Of a DNA stretch of 64,000 nucleotides, positions 13,267 through 25,500 are shown piece by piece. Under the pieces are notes generated by a model. It worked only from the letters and a program-made list of their open reading frames with translations, did not search any database and was not told the DNA's origin. Origin of the DNA: Haliotis rubra (lineage: Eukaryota); NCBI RefSeq assembly GCF_003918875.1, contig NW_025767155.1, positions 1 to 64,000 on the forward strand, in the 5' to 3' direction. A program made the translations under genes and the position numbers. Position 1 is the first letter of the stretch; every line of letters starts with the position of its first letter.

Positions 13267-14346
13267 AAGTGACCAGGTTAACCAATCTAAATCCTGGTCA
13301 GCTCCATTGATCCGTGTTTTACAAGTCTGTACATCAGCGTTCCTCAACATGGAGGTAGAGTAAACCTCGACGTCACACAATAACCAGTCTCGACTATCCG
13401 TCGAGGCAGATTTCACTGGGCGTAAAAGTCAAAGGACTGATGGTGAAATTAATACAATAATACAAATCGATTACAAATAGTCAGTGATGACACCAGTCGA
13501 AAATAAGCATGCACGCACACACACCTTTTGAGCCCAATTGCAGGTACTATCCTCCTGCGCATCAGCTACAAATTATTCTACATTTCCGAGAGCCTGTCCT
13601 AATGATTTCAGTCCGGTACCCTGTAGAAGGGGAAGGTTTGTACTTAGCTTGAGTGTATTAGGCATACATTCATCTCTAGACGACTGCTTTCTACGTGACT
13701 TGGTTCCTGCTTCATGTCTGTGCATCCCTGAGCGTACAGGTAACGGGGTCGACTTAACAAGTCAACTGAGTGATATGCTTGAGAATACCAGGAATGCTGT
13801 AATTCAATAACTTTCCTGTTGATGCTGGAAATCTGCCCTCAAGGTCGGTCATCAATTAAACATGACAGAACTGTGGGGAAAAGCCATTTCTTCTTCTCTA
13901 GAGTGAACAGGTTTACCTATTCAATGGAGGTTCATCTCGGCTTTTCTCGCCGCAAAAATCGTTTTTATCGTTTGAAAGGAATAAGATCTCGTGTTATTTT
14001 TGTCCTTTACAGTAACATTGACGGATTTGTTTGCAAAATGTGTGCAAATGTATTGGTCTGAAGCAAGGATTTGTTTATGTGTTCGAAACTTTACACTGCA
14101 GCACATATGTTGAATGTGTTTGAACTGCATTAAAATACTATTCATTGAAAAGTACGTTTGGTATGCAACTCTCTTCTTTTAGCTATCTACTTGCAACATT
14201 CAGCGTTAATAGTTTCCCAGATACTACTGAGTATCATACACATATTGTACATTTTTTAAGGATCGTTATTTTGTGGTGTATGTATATATACTTACAAATG
14301 CTCCCATAAACATCCACAAAGACGGAAACAGAGGCAGATCTGCCAG

Positions 14347-14473
14347 AGTGAGAGTGAGTTTAGTTTTACGCCGCTTTCAGCAATATTCCAGAAATATTCA
14401 CTATGTGGGGAATCGAACCCAGGTCTTCGGCGTGACGAGTGAACGCTTTAACCACTAGGCTACCACATTGCCC
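14347..14473 (-). mobile_element. Short tRNA-derived SINE (internally deleted)
   Basis: gggaatcgaaccc B-box, aaccactaggctac A-box, flanking cagatctg repeats at 14335 and 14474. Confidence 0.8.
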
Positions 14474-14761
14474 CAGATCTGTAACAACACATACAAATTC
14501 ATGATGCAGCGATATAGGCATTGACAGACCTTAACACCAGGACCGTTTTCACAGTAGAAGATGAATATATCGTATTGTCAGTAATCATTGTTATGACATA
14601 TAGAGTCATACATGATATTTCGAGTGAGTGAGTCACTTGCTTGATAACGGTGGTAGTACCTACACCGAAACCCAGCACACATTGCAATAAAAACTTGACT
14701 ATCCATAGAACTTGGTTTTCCTTCATTGTCATCAACTTCTAAAATGCCTCTCAAAGAAAAA

Positions 14762-14918
14762 AGGAGTTTAGTTTTACGTCGCTTTTCGCAATATTCCAGT
14801 AATATCACGGAGGGGGACACAAAAATGGGCTTCACACATTGTACCCATGTTGGGAATCGAACCCGGGTCTTCGGCGTGACGAGCGAACACATTAACCATT
14901 AGGTTACCCCACCGTCCC
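14762..14918 (-). mobile_element. Short tRNA-derived SINE
   Basis: Same family as 13104-13266, with the complete head aaccattaggttaccccaccg. Confidence 0.85.
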
Positions 14919-15011
14919 ATTTCAGCAAGTAATTCGAAGTCACATATCTTTCCCTACATATCATTTTCCAGTTGCTTTGTCAGTAATATATAGCTGGCCG
15001 TGTTAAACTGT

Positions 15012-15550
15012 AACAAGAAGACAAAGTCATCAATACCCCCGCAATAGCAAAATACTCTTCATGATTATGTCTACGAGTTATGATTATGTCAAATATTTAG
15101 GTGTGTGTATATAGAAAAGTGGAAGGAGAGTATTGAAAGGTTTTTAAAGTTCTGCTCCAGACTTGTTGCCATGGAAATGCCAAAAACATTTTATTTAGAA
15201 TTCCAAAACTACCAAAAGGCACCAGTACACCACCAGATCTATCTATGTGCCACGTTTGGTGAAGAAATAGTGAACGGTTTTAGAGTTCTGCTCCGGAAAA
15301 GAGCACTACCACTAATTTCAGTCTAAGTCGAACTTGTTGCCATGGAAACGCCAAAAATATTTTTATTCAGAATTCCAAAACTACCAAAAGGCACCAGTAC
15401 ACCACTAGATCCATGTATGTGCCCAGTTGGGGGGAAGAAATAATGAACGGTTTTAGAGTTCTGCTCCGGAAAAGACAAATGTCCACGGACGGACGCACGG
15501 ACGGAGTCCATTTTAATACCCCCCGCAAAACGCGTTTCGGGGGATAATAA
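15012..15550. mobile_element. Non-autonomous Helentron-type element (HINE/pearl-like)
   Basis: Starts aacaag. Subterminal aatacccccgcaa repeated near both ends. About two tandem 170-bp core repeats, a (GACG)n microsatellite and a terminal GC hairpin followed by ataataaa. Confidence 0.75.
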
Positions 15551-15994
15551 AATAAGCTAAGAAGTATTCATATCAAACGCGATATTCCTTCTTCTGTTTG
15601 AATGTTCCTGCATCAATATTTGCCACTCTAACACATCCCAAATTGTTCAATTATTTTCTTGCCAGTCACGATTTAGCCAAGCCGAACAAAAGCGTTTATA
15701 GACGCGGTCACTGTCAGTTTTTCCATTGGCAGTTTCACTGCCATCCATCTCACGCACACCACAACGGTTTGACACAGATTGACGTCGAGTATTTTTTAAC
15801 GTTCTTGCCAGGCCGACAGAACATCTGAATGCATTTTCAGACTCACTTAAATTTACCCTTAACAAAGAGCACGAAGTCATGCAGATCACACACTATCGAC
15901 CGGCTGTTCGTGTGGAAGTTACTAAACAGTACTGAGAATAAAGTTAATGAAATGTTCGCTTTTACTTTCGCCTAAGCTCTACTATGTATTTTTG

Positions 15995-16090
15995 CACACA
16001 CATGCACACACATACACACACACACATACACATACACACACAAAACAGCCACAACACAAAACCACACACAAACAACAAAACACAAAAACA
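15995..16090. repeat. Degenerate (CA)/CAAAA low-complexity tract (duplicate ~45372-45470)
   Basis: Direct reading. Confidence 0.85.
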
Positions 16091-18992
16091 TAAGTAATAA
16101 ATAATACACACGAAGCCATACATAAACATCATATCATCCATCAGTTGGCTAGTTTTGCTGACAGCCCTTCCCGAAGAAATCGTCGCCATGTTCAGTATAA
16201 TCCTTGGCTGCACAGCCATACGGTACAGGATTGAAAAGGCAGTTATCTGACATTAGAAAACACACTGCTGATTCTGTAGATACTCCCTCAAGGCTTCTAA
16301 TGCTGTGTTGACAGGGCGAAGTGTTTTTGATGGATTACATAGGAGAAGGAGCGGCAACGGGTGCCGATCATCCGCTATGAGTACAGTTGTAGCAACGGTA
16401 GTCTGATATTCCCAGTTTTACCAGCGAGAAGCCGATTGATCACTCTCCACCAATGCTGTAAGTTTCCATGATAACGTCTGAGTCCGACTAAAGATCCGGT
16501 CAGAATCTTCGTTCTTCCACCAAAGGATCCCCAACCTCCATCCTGCCGGAAACAGCCTCAAATCTGACTGGCGGTGTCGTGTGCCACAATTATGCGACGG
16601 ACGAAATCACTCCACATTCTTGCTTTTCTCACCTTACTCTCTCGATTCTTAAACTCGACAGCCTGAGATCTGATCGGAAATTTGTCGAAGTCCATGACAG
16701 ATCAGCACAATTATTGCAATTTGATAAGAATGACAGAAATGGCTCTTCCTCTAGTCATCGATCTGACAAAAGAGGGACACAAACTCAGAAGGTCTTCCTG
16801 AGGACGTGTTTCCTACTAGCCAATTACTCATTATCGAGTTGAAATAGTCCAAGTATCTCAGACGAAATCAAGGCGTGAGTTGGGTATTAACCCCCCATTA
16901 CCACAGCCATCCAAACATGTTACCATAAGTGGACAGAGTACATGGATGGATACTGATGTAGCATTTAGTACGAACAGCGCATGTGCAGGGGAGTTTCTCC
17001 GGCAGAGTCTGTGATCTGATGTGGATAAAGAGTGTGTATCTTTTGTATTCATCCAGATTGATGTGGTAACAACGGACGGCATAGAACCACAAAGACGTGT
17101 AAGGAAAGTTTTTGTTGACAGATGGCGTTGGAGATATATGTGGAGCAGCCAGCGTCATCTTCAATTGACAGTACCTGGCAGAAATTGACTTTAGGTTTGA
17201 CATACACGTGGCCTGATTGAGGTTAAGTGTTTGGCATTTGCTGGACAGTTGTCAGTTATAAAATAGAAAGGTCTCAGGTGACAGTTTGAAGCTGCTGCGT
17301 TCATTTGTGTCGGTTGTCAAGGCAACCAGGCATAGACATGTGGGTATATGTGGTCCATTTACAAAACATGACTGTAAGGTGCGTTAGGACGTCCTACACA
17401 AACTGGAAACAGTCGGTAAACCTTGGCTTGTCAAACAATGACTTACCTATGATTGAGCAAATATATATCAACTGACACGTTTAATAAAGGCCGCGGGGCA
17501 AATTAATCATCATGAACAGACGCTCTGGTTCAATGATAAAAAGTACTTAAATGTCACTGTGTCTATATATTTGTTTAGAAAATAGCTGTGTTGCCATGTG
17601 TCCAGACTGTGGTAATTGGCGTGCATATATGGGGGTAATTTGAATGATCTGTTTGAAACTCGAGACATGTGCTATTCGATAGCATATTGTTTAGGCTATG
17701 CTGAAAGTGTATCAATTGAATAGTGTTTCTAATATTAATAAATCTATGACATTCCTAGTGTAAATTCATCGGTCTTCTCAGATCTTTCACCAATATACTA
17801 CATTCTGACACCGTAACAACCAATCCAGACTGTATCATATGTTCGTGACGGGCACAACACGATCCAAGTCATAGCGATCTTGTCCCTTACCAGGCTTGGT
17901 GTACAAGTCATTTCATGTCATCTCCATAAGGAACGTTTGCAGATAATTATATCTGGGCAGACAAGCCCGTATGTCATTGATTTGATGAGGAACGTCTGCA
18001 GTTACCCCAGCTCCCTTTCTGTCTTGGTTTGAATCCAAGATCCGAACTGATCTTTGGTCTATCAGCGCCCGCTCGTGTAAATAGTTATTAAGCTGACACC
18101 CTGATACACCTGCCATTCTGTTCAAATGGCGTCAACTCACTTTCTCTTCGTCTACCACGGCGTATCATAGATTGTCTACTATGCACCAGTCGGGCTTCCT
18201 TTCAGCTTTGGTGACGATATTTGCGAAGATTGTGCAGTCTTGTATCATTTCTATGCATGGTTTCACAGAGATCACTACATTACATTCATCAAACGTCAAT
18301 ATGCAGTCATTAATTGAAAGAAGGAACCGTGAACTCACATCACATATCTTCAAAGTTCGGGGCAATTAACTTTGACAAATTTTCAAATGTTCTGGCGGAA
18401 ACGCCCTTATTCGTGACCAGTTCGAGATGTTGTAAAGTGGACCAGAGAGGTCGTTACTAGACTAAGCCCACTGTAGAGGCCATTCAGCAACTTGAATATT
18501 GATATTTTGTTGCTAATTAGTCAATTAGTCAATTACTTTTAACTCAAATGTCCAACGGCTCGAGATTTCTTCTTCCCCAATAATTCAATAATCCTAGTGA
18601 CAGGCGGTATATGTGGTATGTCCTGATTTCATGTTAACGAAATCGAGGACACGGCGACCTCCTTTTAGTTTGTTCCTTGAACTACACTATATATTCCACC
18701 ATACGTGTGTAACTTTAAAATGTCACTTAGGACTGCGTCATGGCAAAGTGGAACATGAACATGACCCGTCTGAGCCCACATGCTAACTGTAGTTAGCTAT
18801 TTAATGCAACGAATATGCAGATTAGATGTAAATGCGTTAAACGAGTCTAAGGGATAACATCATGCGCGTGTTGTGTAAGTTGGTGTTTTGTCCATTTGTG
18901 TACGGCAACATTATGGTCTGAGGTGATTATAATTATACGGTATCTAACAAGGACATACAATAAACTACATTTGTGACGAACGTGCGTATAAC

Positions 18993-20278
18993 CAGGGATA
19001 ATCTACAACAGGGATAGGTAACTCGCTTGCTTTTTTACCATTTGTACTAATTAGCGTGTGCCTCGTCATGCTCCAACGCACACAGTGACTTGGTTCGTTC
19101 CCAGCGCAACTTCGGCTGCGTTTAACAGTACTTCAGCCAGTTTATTGTATCATTCGGAATTTTACAATGAATGAATGAATAAGGAGCAAGAATTATATGT
19201 GAATGAATGAAAGAAATAAAGAAAAGAACAAAAGAAAGAAATACATATGTGAATGACTGAAAGAATAAATGATACACCACGGCCATCCCTCCTATGGCTA
19301 GAATACAAGTGTTAACATCAGCTGTCCTTTTTAAAAAAAGATTACTTTGAGACATTTTTTACATTAGTAATTAATTCAGATATCTTATTGCATGTGTGGA
19401 ATGGCATGGACATTGACAGAATGTTAACTGACACTGTCACACACCCCTCAAAAACCGAAAGTTTAGAACTATCACAAAGCGTTGTAAACACATTTCCAGT
19501 TTTGTCAAATACTAAGATCAACAAGAAAGAAAGAAGTTTTAGAACTATAACACTCAAGCATCACACGCATCAATGGCGGATCAGAACAGATCGGCGATAT
19601 GTCATTTTTTTCACACACCTCAAATACACCCTAACAAAAAATTTAAAATTATAAAACCATCACTATTACTTGCATACACCTTTCACCTGATGGTATATTC
19701 CCCTCATAAAAATTAAAGGTGTATGTGAAAGAAGTTGTAGAACAATAACTAGAAACAATCAACCAACGCCCTGTAGTATTTCAATGGCAGATCGGCGATA
19801 TGGCATATTCTTCACACACCGCAAATACACCCTTACAATTGTTTTAGTTATAAAACTATCACTATTACTTGCAAACACCTTTCAACCAAAGGTATAATTC
19901 CCTTCTAAAAATTAAACGAATATGTGAAAGAAGTTTTTAGCGATACAATTTAGTCTTTCTTCGCTGTGTACCGGGAATTGAAGCCAGTGAGCTACAACAT
20001 GCCGACTTGAAACATTACTACAAATCTGCTGTACTAATACTGACACTAATAACAATTATTTGCCTTAAAATGAAGTGACAGAATAGTTAACTTATCTTCT
20101 ACATGTAGGTTTTTAGTTGTCACAACACTCAGCGAATGTAATCACCTGTTGAAAATAAACCGGGCTCAATCTTAAAACTACGCTGTCGCCATATTGGCTA
20201 CACTGGTCACGTGACGAGCCGAGGAATACGCTAAGGGTCTTTTCGAGGAGTGACCACTCCCGTTATATAGTCTCCCTG
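18993..20278. mobile_element. Non-autonomous TIR element, 1286 bp (possibly P superfamily)
   Basis: CAGGGA...TCCCTG ends with ~32-bp imperfect TIRs. 7-bp TSD gtataac at 18986-18992 and 20279-20285. Absent from copy 2 (~49155). Internal ~150-bp direct repeat at ~19587 and ~19788. Confidence 0.75.
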
Positions 20279-21869
20279 GTATAACGAACTGACTGATATA
20301 TCGAACTGCTTTGGTCCCGTCCAATTGCTGAACATTTTAGTTGAAATGCGTATAACGAACTAAATGTAGTTAACCCTTCGGTTTCCTTATGACAGTAGTT
20401 TTCTGTACCTTTTATCCCAACGACATCGTGAAGCAGTCCGATGTTGTACGAACCCCTTGAACAACAAGTAATATTATGACAATCTAGGGAACACATATAT
20501 AATGACGTCCGAATCTAGGGGACATAATAGTTTAATTGAGTGTAAAATAATGTGCTTAACAAAATTGCCTTATGTCCACAAACCAAGAAACTGAGTGGAC
20601 AGTCATTGTTGCCTCTGGTCATTACGTCACAAAATGACACTTGTTATATTTGGTGTACATACAAAATAAAGTGAGATACATCTTCCAATATCATTTATGT
20701 ACATTGTCGGTTTGTGTATTCGCCAAAGTGATCTACCATGGGCTGGTTTCCATGATAACGTTAGCTTCGCAAACGAGGAGGGGACTTTTGATGGAAGCGG
20801 AGTGTACTTCGTTTTTTATACATACAGGCAATTGTATTACAAATTTTACTGAATACTTTGAACGTATGGAATTCCGACGATGGCGACTAACCAATGATCT
20901 GAACAAATACAAACTGTTTTTCAGTCAACACTACCATTTTGTTCTACTCTGCAAATTAATCATTCGAGACTTTTTTGGCAGAAAAAGAAAACATTCACAT
21001 GTGTAAGGAATCCTCATTTGTAACTTCTTCTTTTGATCATATGAATGTTGTGAAACTTCACCATGTGTTTTAACCCCGCAGGAATCTTACAACACAGCCT
21101 CTGCCGTGACCCAGATCAAGGCTCAATTACACCATACTTTCATATCCTCAGGGGAAACTTACTTTTCCTGAAACACCAAACGGAGGTTTATAATTAGATG
21201 CGATAGTTTCATGCTCCAACAATGTACCTTCTCAGTCATCAACAGACTCAGTTCTGTTGTTTACGTTTCTAAATACATTATAACGCATCTGGTAAATGAC
21301 ATCCGAAATACTTGCAGAGATGTTTTAACCGCTTTCAAGACCCAGATAGTCAAATTGTTTTTCTTCGTCTCTTAGCTTCATAAAAGTTCTTGGAATTGTT
21401 TGCAAGACATTCGGTAGCACTTTATTGGAAATATTTCAGATTTGATGAAAATAACGCTACAGATCCACAGTAAATAGATTACCATGATGCATAAGAAGCA
21501 CAATATTCAGCATACCTGTGACCTAAAGCAGACTCATTGCACTGACTAGAAAGACTCCAGAAGGTTTTTTTATTCACTCGCCATCTCCTCCAGCTGATGC
21601 CTGGGCCTATGTCGGACAAAGTCACTCGCCTAATGAGACACCATAAGTGGTGTAACCTAACATTTACATTGAGGTTTAGCAAATGTCATCTGGTCACCGA
21701 CAAAACAATATGTGATATGCTAGACTTCCTCATAGAAACATCAGTGTAATATTTTACATTCAGATTCATAGTCGGGATCTGATGTCGTTCAATAGTGCTT
21801 GTTAATTTCCCTTTGTCTTCAAAATGTGAACGTATCTAGGAAGTTACAAAGAATGCAAAACTAATCGGA

Positions 21870-22030
21870 TTTTTTCGTTTTTCAGCGGTGTTGGTTTTGT
21901 GTTCAGTTGGGTTTTATTCTTGTTTCTTTTCTTCTTTTTCATTTTTTCTTTCTTTTTGTTTTGTTGGGATTTTTCTCTTTTTTTGTTGTTGTTGTTTTTT
22001 TTTTGGGGGTTTTTCTGTTTGCTTTTAGGG
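21870..22030. repeat. T-rich low-complexity tract (duplicate ~50860-51020)
   Basis: Direct reading. Confidence 0.85.
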
Positions 22031-22149
22031 GGGTGTCTCTGGGGTGAAAAGCAATTAACTGCAGACTGACTAACATCCATAACTCGTCCCCTGAGATTGA
22101 TCGGCAGAGCGTCTAACAAATTCACGATCTGCAACGCCACTCTGTGTAA

Positions 22150-22550
22150 CCTCTTCGGGATTCCGGTTTAGAATTGGCTCTGAATAATATATGTCTTGGT
22201 CACAAGAGGCAACTAAATGCACGGGGTGAACAGGCTCTGTGGCTTGCTTGATGCCATGACTTCATACCTCTGTGGCTTGCTTGATGCCATGTCTTCATAC
22301 CTCTGTGGCTTGCTTGATGCCATGTCTTCATACCTCTGTGGCTTGCTTGATGCCATGTCTTCATACCTCTGTGGCTTGCTTGATGCCATGTCTTCATACC
22401 TCTGTGGCTTGCTTGATGCCATGTCTTCATACCTCTGTGGCTTGCTTGATGCCATGTCTTCATACCTTTGTGGGGTAGATCGTTGCTCACAATATCAACC
22501 ACTTGATTTCTGGTCCAGGCCTCATCATTTAGAGGACGCCGCCATGTACC
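22150..22550 (+). mobile_element. Decayed V-domain SINE hosting the minisatellite (duplicate starts ~51140)
   Basis: ccggtttagaattgg...gtcacaagaggcaactaa...caggctc [array] gtagatcgttgctcac...gacgccgccatgta aligns to 31261-31480. Confidence 0.7.
22235..22473. repeat. 33-bp minisatellite, 7 units
   Basis: Unit ctctgtggcttgcttgatgccatgtcttcatac. Confidence 0.98.
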
Positions 22551-25500
22551 TTTCCTTCCAAAATCATAAAAAACCCTTAAATGTCAAATCTGACTTTATC
22601 CTAATCAAGGCTTGATGAATCACTACATAACAGAGAAAAAAGTTTTCGCGAACATGTGTTATTATCCTGTCTCACCCGTCACACACACATGTAAAGACAA
22701 GCCTTGTATTCACCTGAGCAAACATCAGAATATCCTTCGCATTCTCACATTCAATGACACCTAGTTTGTAGTTTTCATTGCTCTGAAACTCACTCCAAGA
22801 CAGATTGTTTGCGGGAGTAATGCTTTCTCTTTGTGATGGGAGATGTCACCAATTTAGTGGAAATGTGGTCATGATAATGCAACACCCATCATTAAGTCAC
22901 TCTGATGCATTGATATTAGGTGCTAACCGCCTTCCTCAAACCGTTACATGTCACTTAAGACATTTCATTTTCATCCGAGTCTCATTTCAAACGAGGGCAT
23001 ACGCTTATCGATTCTGAGATCAGGGGACCGGGCAAGACCAACAAAAACCTTTAATCCCGGTCAGCGCTATTGGTCCGGGTGTTACCACCGTCGCCATGTA
23101 AATGTATCAATGACCCTCTCAATGTGGAACTACAATTAACAATTGAAAATGTCCCCTCTGTTTTGTGTCCATCCATAATCTCAATCGACCACAACAAATG
23201 CTTCAAGCAGGTTATTCAGACTGGACTGTGCAAATGAATATCATTCCAATCCGACTTATAGTTATCATTTCAACAACTTGCAGGGCCATGTAGTTACCGT
23301 TGATTAATAATCCGGGCGGTAATCATCCTGATTATTGTATTACCAAATAATGGTACCAGTAATGGTATTTTTGGATATTCGTGAACGATTTAAACACAAT
23401 CGTCCTGTAGGTAGGGTTTTTTGTGTAAGCACATTTTCGATTTAGTCCATGGAACATAATGGTGTAACGTCTTCGATTCCTTTATCTGTCTGGAACAAAT
23501 AGACCCGGGTTCGAATCCAATATTTGGTGAAGTTGTGATCCATCTTATTGTTCTGAGATGGTTTCTCCACGTATTTAGCGAACATGCTGTGCATGATTCC
23601 AAAATATTATTTACGATACATAAAGCAAATCGTCCTAAATGCTTAATTTGTCATTAACCGGTCCTACACATTAACCACATCAACGACTGACATACTTTGG
23701 CATTATCTACCCTTGAATACATATATCCACCAACCACTATTTTGTTTGCTCCGTTTTTTTAATAATGTTTTCACTCACATGTCATGAACTTACACTTAGC
23801 TATTGTCCACTTATTATTACCCAAAGTTGACATCAAGAACTTATGTACGTACCGAGTTGCTGATATTCCCCACTTGACACTAAGGGCAACAATTGTCCTC
23901 CGTCACAAACACCATCCACATATTGCTATCACATCCATGACTGGTGGTACATCTAGAACGCTGTCTCAGTAAGGTTAACAGGTTGTGCTGTATGGATGTG
24001 AAGGTTTCTATTCAGCGTAAGTGTATTAGGTATTCATTTATCTCGAGTCGACTGCTTTCTACGTGACTTGGTTCTTGTTTCATGTCTGTACAGCCCTGGG
24101 GGATATTGAGCGCACGAGTAATGTTGTCGACTTAACAAGTCAGCTGAATGGTATGCTTGAGAATACTAGGAATGCTGTAATGGAGTCGCTTTCCTCCCTC
24201 AAACTAGAGCTGTGCTGTCATCAATTATACATAGGACTATGGCCAAAATGCATTTCTTCTCTGTTAAAGAGAATGGGCTTACCTATTAAATTGAAACTTC
24301 TCCCGGCTTTTCTCACTGCTATAGAATACACATAACAAAATTACACGTTTTACTGAAGTTAAACCTAATGGACTCTTAAGCTATTTTCGTCGTATTTTCG
24401 TCAGCAAAATAAGCAGACTGGAATCTCAGTACGAAATTCAAGGGTTCGTTGAGTGACAAAATTATTTCATTAAGGTATTGTACCACGTTCTGACACCGAT
24501 GTTCTAAGGTCATACTGATGAATCCACTTTACGCGTTTGTTGAAATTATTCTCACATATTGTATTTCATGTCATGCACTGGGCACTTGGTGTATGGACGG
24601 CTACATTGAATTGTCCCTGCAACTATGTATTAGAAATCTGCACTGTTGATTTATTCTTGCTTGATGCGGATTTTGTTTACACGTGCACCAGCAGTAACGT
24701 TTAACATAACGAGAAGCTTAGGATTATTATTATGTTACACATCATGGATTCTAACTTGAATGTGAGTATTTGTTAGATCATATTCTCACTTTATCTTCAA
24801 TATAGGGCATTATAATGCTATGCATTGTATAGGGTTTTGTTTAGTGTACAATATTACCTGTGGCTTATGTTGTGTGGCACTCTTTTCTCTGAAAAAACTT
24901 TGGTGAAGATCCAACATTCTAACTACGGTGTAATTTGTATAATTCGATTATAGTGACATGGTTTCTATTGCTTCCAAGTATTTGATGCCCTTATCTATGA
25001 TGGTATGTTCATTTTGTTTTAAAACATACTTATTCGGAAATGGTCGAGTAGTTGTGTACAATGATGTCAACAGTTGACTTGCCTGTACATGTGTTTGTGA
25101 TGAGTGATTAGCCAATCAGGCAATACAAATGTACACTAAGTAATTTGCTGCTAACCATTTTCTGTTCTGCTGGAGTCCGCGAGGTGTGGGTTCCATTCCA
25201 CAACGTAACATAAGTTATGTTATCATTCAAATTGTGCCCACGCTTTTTCTCCAATACGCTGATTTTCAGGGATCAATTCATTTTATAGTCATTGTATTTT
25301 TACGTATTTCTCCCAATAACATCTGTGACGTTGGATAATCGAGACTGATTATACTCTGGTGTTGGCTGTTCTTCAATATAACAATATGTATATGTAGGTA
25401 TCTTTAGAGAAATGAATCTTTTGTTGTATGAGCACAATGGACCATCAGTTCCGATGAGGAAGGTAAAAGTTATTATTGTTACATTCTTGCAAATCAGTTT

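Larger units (their letters stand above)
10050..14250 (+). pseudogene. Ankyrin-repeat pseudogene unit U2 (duplicate ~39500-44000)
   Basis: 10370-10700 aligns to 18335-18660 (AETPL). ORF 12452 has LGHFITAQILPWSAD and YHPATHAAV. 13650-13960 aligns to 24020-24330 and 31760-32060 (LLHVCASL, NGVDL). Confidence 0.6.
16130..25100 (+). pseudogene. Ankyrin-repeat pseudogene unit U3
   Basis: 17388-17462 reads DVLHKLETVGKPWLVKQ*LTYD*AN in ankyrin register. ETPLFV near 18398, GVMLSLCDG near 22814, LFHVCTALGDIE near 24075. Blocks are colinear with the other units. Confidence 0.7.
1..25106. repeat. Segmental duplication, copy 1 (direct repeat of 32814-54367; probably extends upstream of the window)
   Basis: Position 1 gaatgaggtatacatg matches 32814. 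Colinear match continues to gtgtttgtgatgagtg (25106 vs 54367). Many ORF-track entries are paired, e.g. 8461/37849, 12049/41548, 21479/50437. Confidence 0.95.

Noticed and set aside
16200-16480. Minus-strand readings resembling a TIR domain or SF1 helicase motifs (W*NWEYQ, VLIADDRHPLP, ILYRM)
   Set aside because: Not conserved in frame across the four block-D paralogues; synonymous changes favour a + frame.
10370-18660. LRR-like STLQHLDLTN / STLQHLELV on the minus strand, and a model of two convergent ORFs based on local GC skew
   Set aside because: These are antisense shadows of the + frame (ETPL). Blocks A and C give clear + strand ankyrin motifs, so one orientation explains all blocks.
22235-22473. 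CRISPR-like repeat array
   Set aside because: Units are contiguous with no unique spacers; eukaryotic context and no cas genes.
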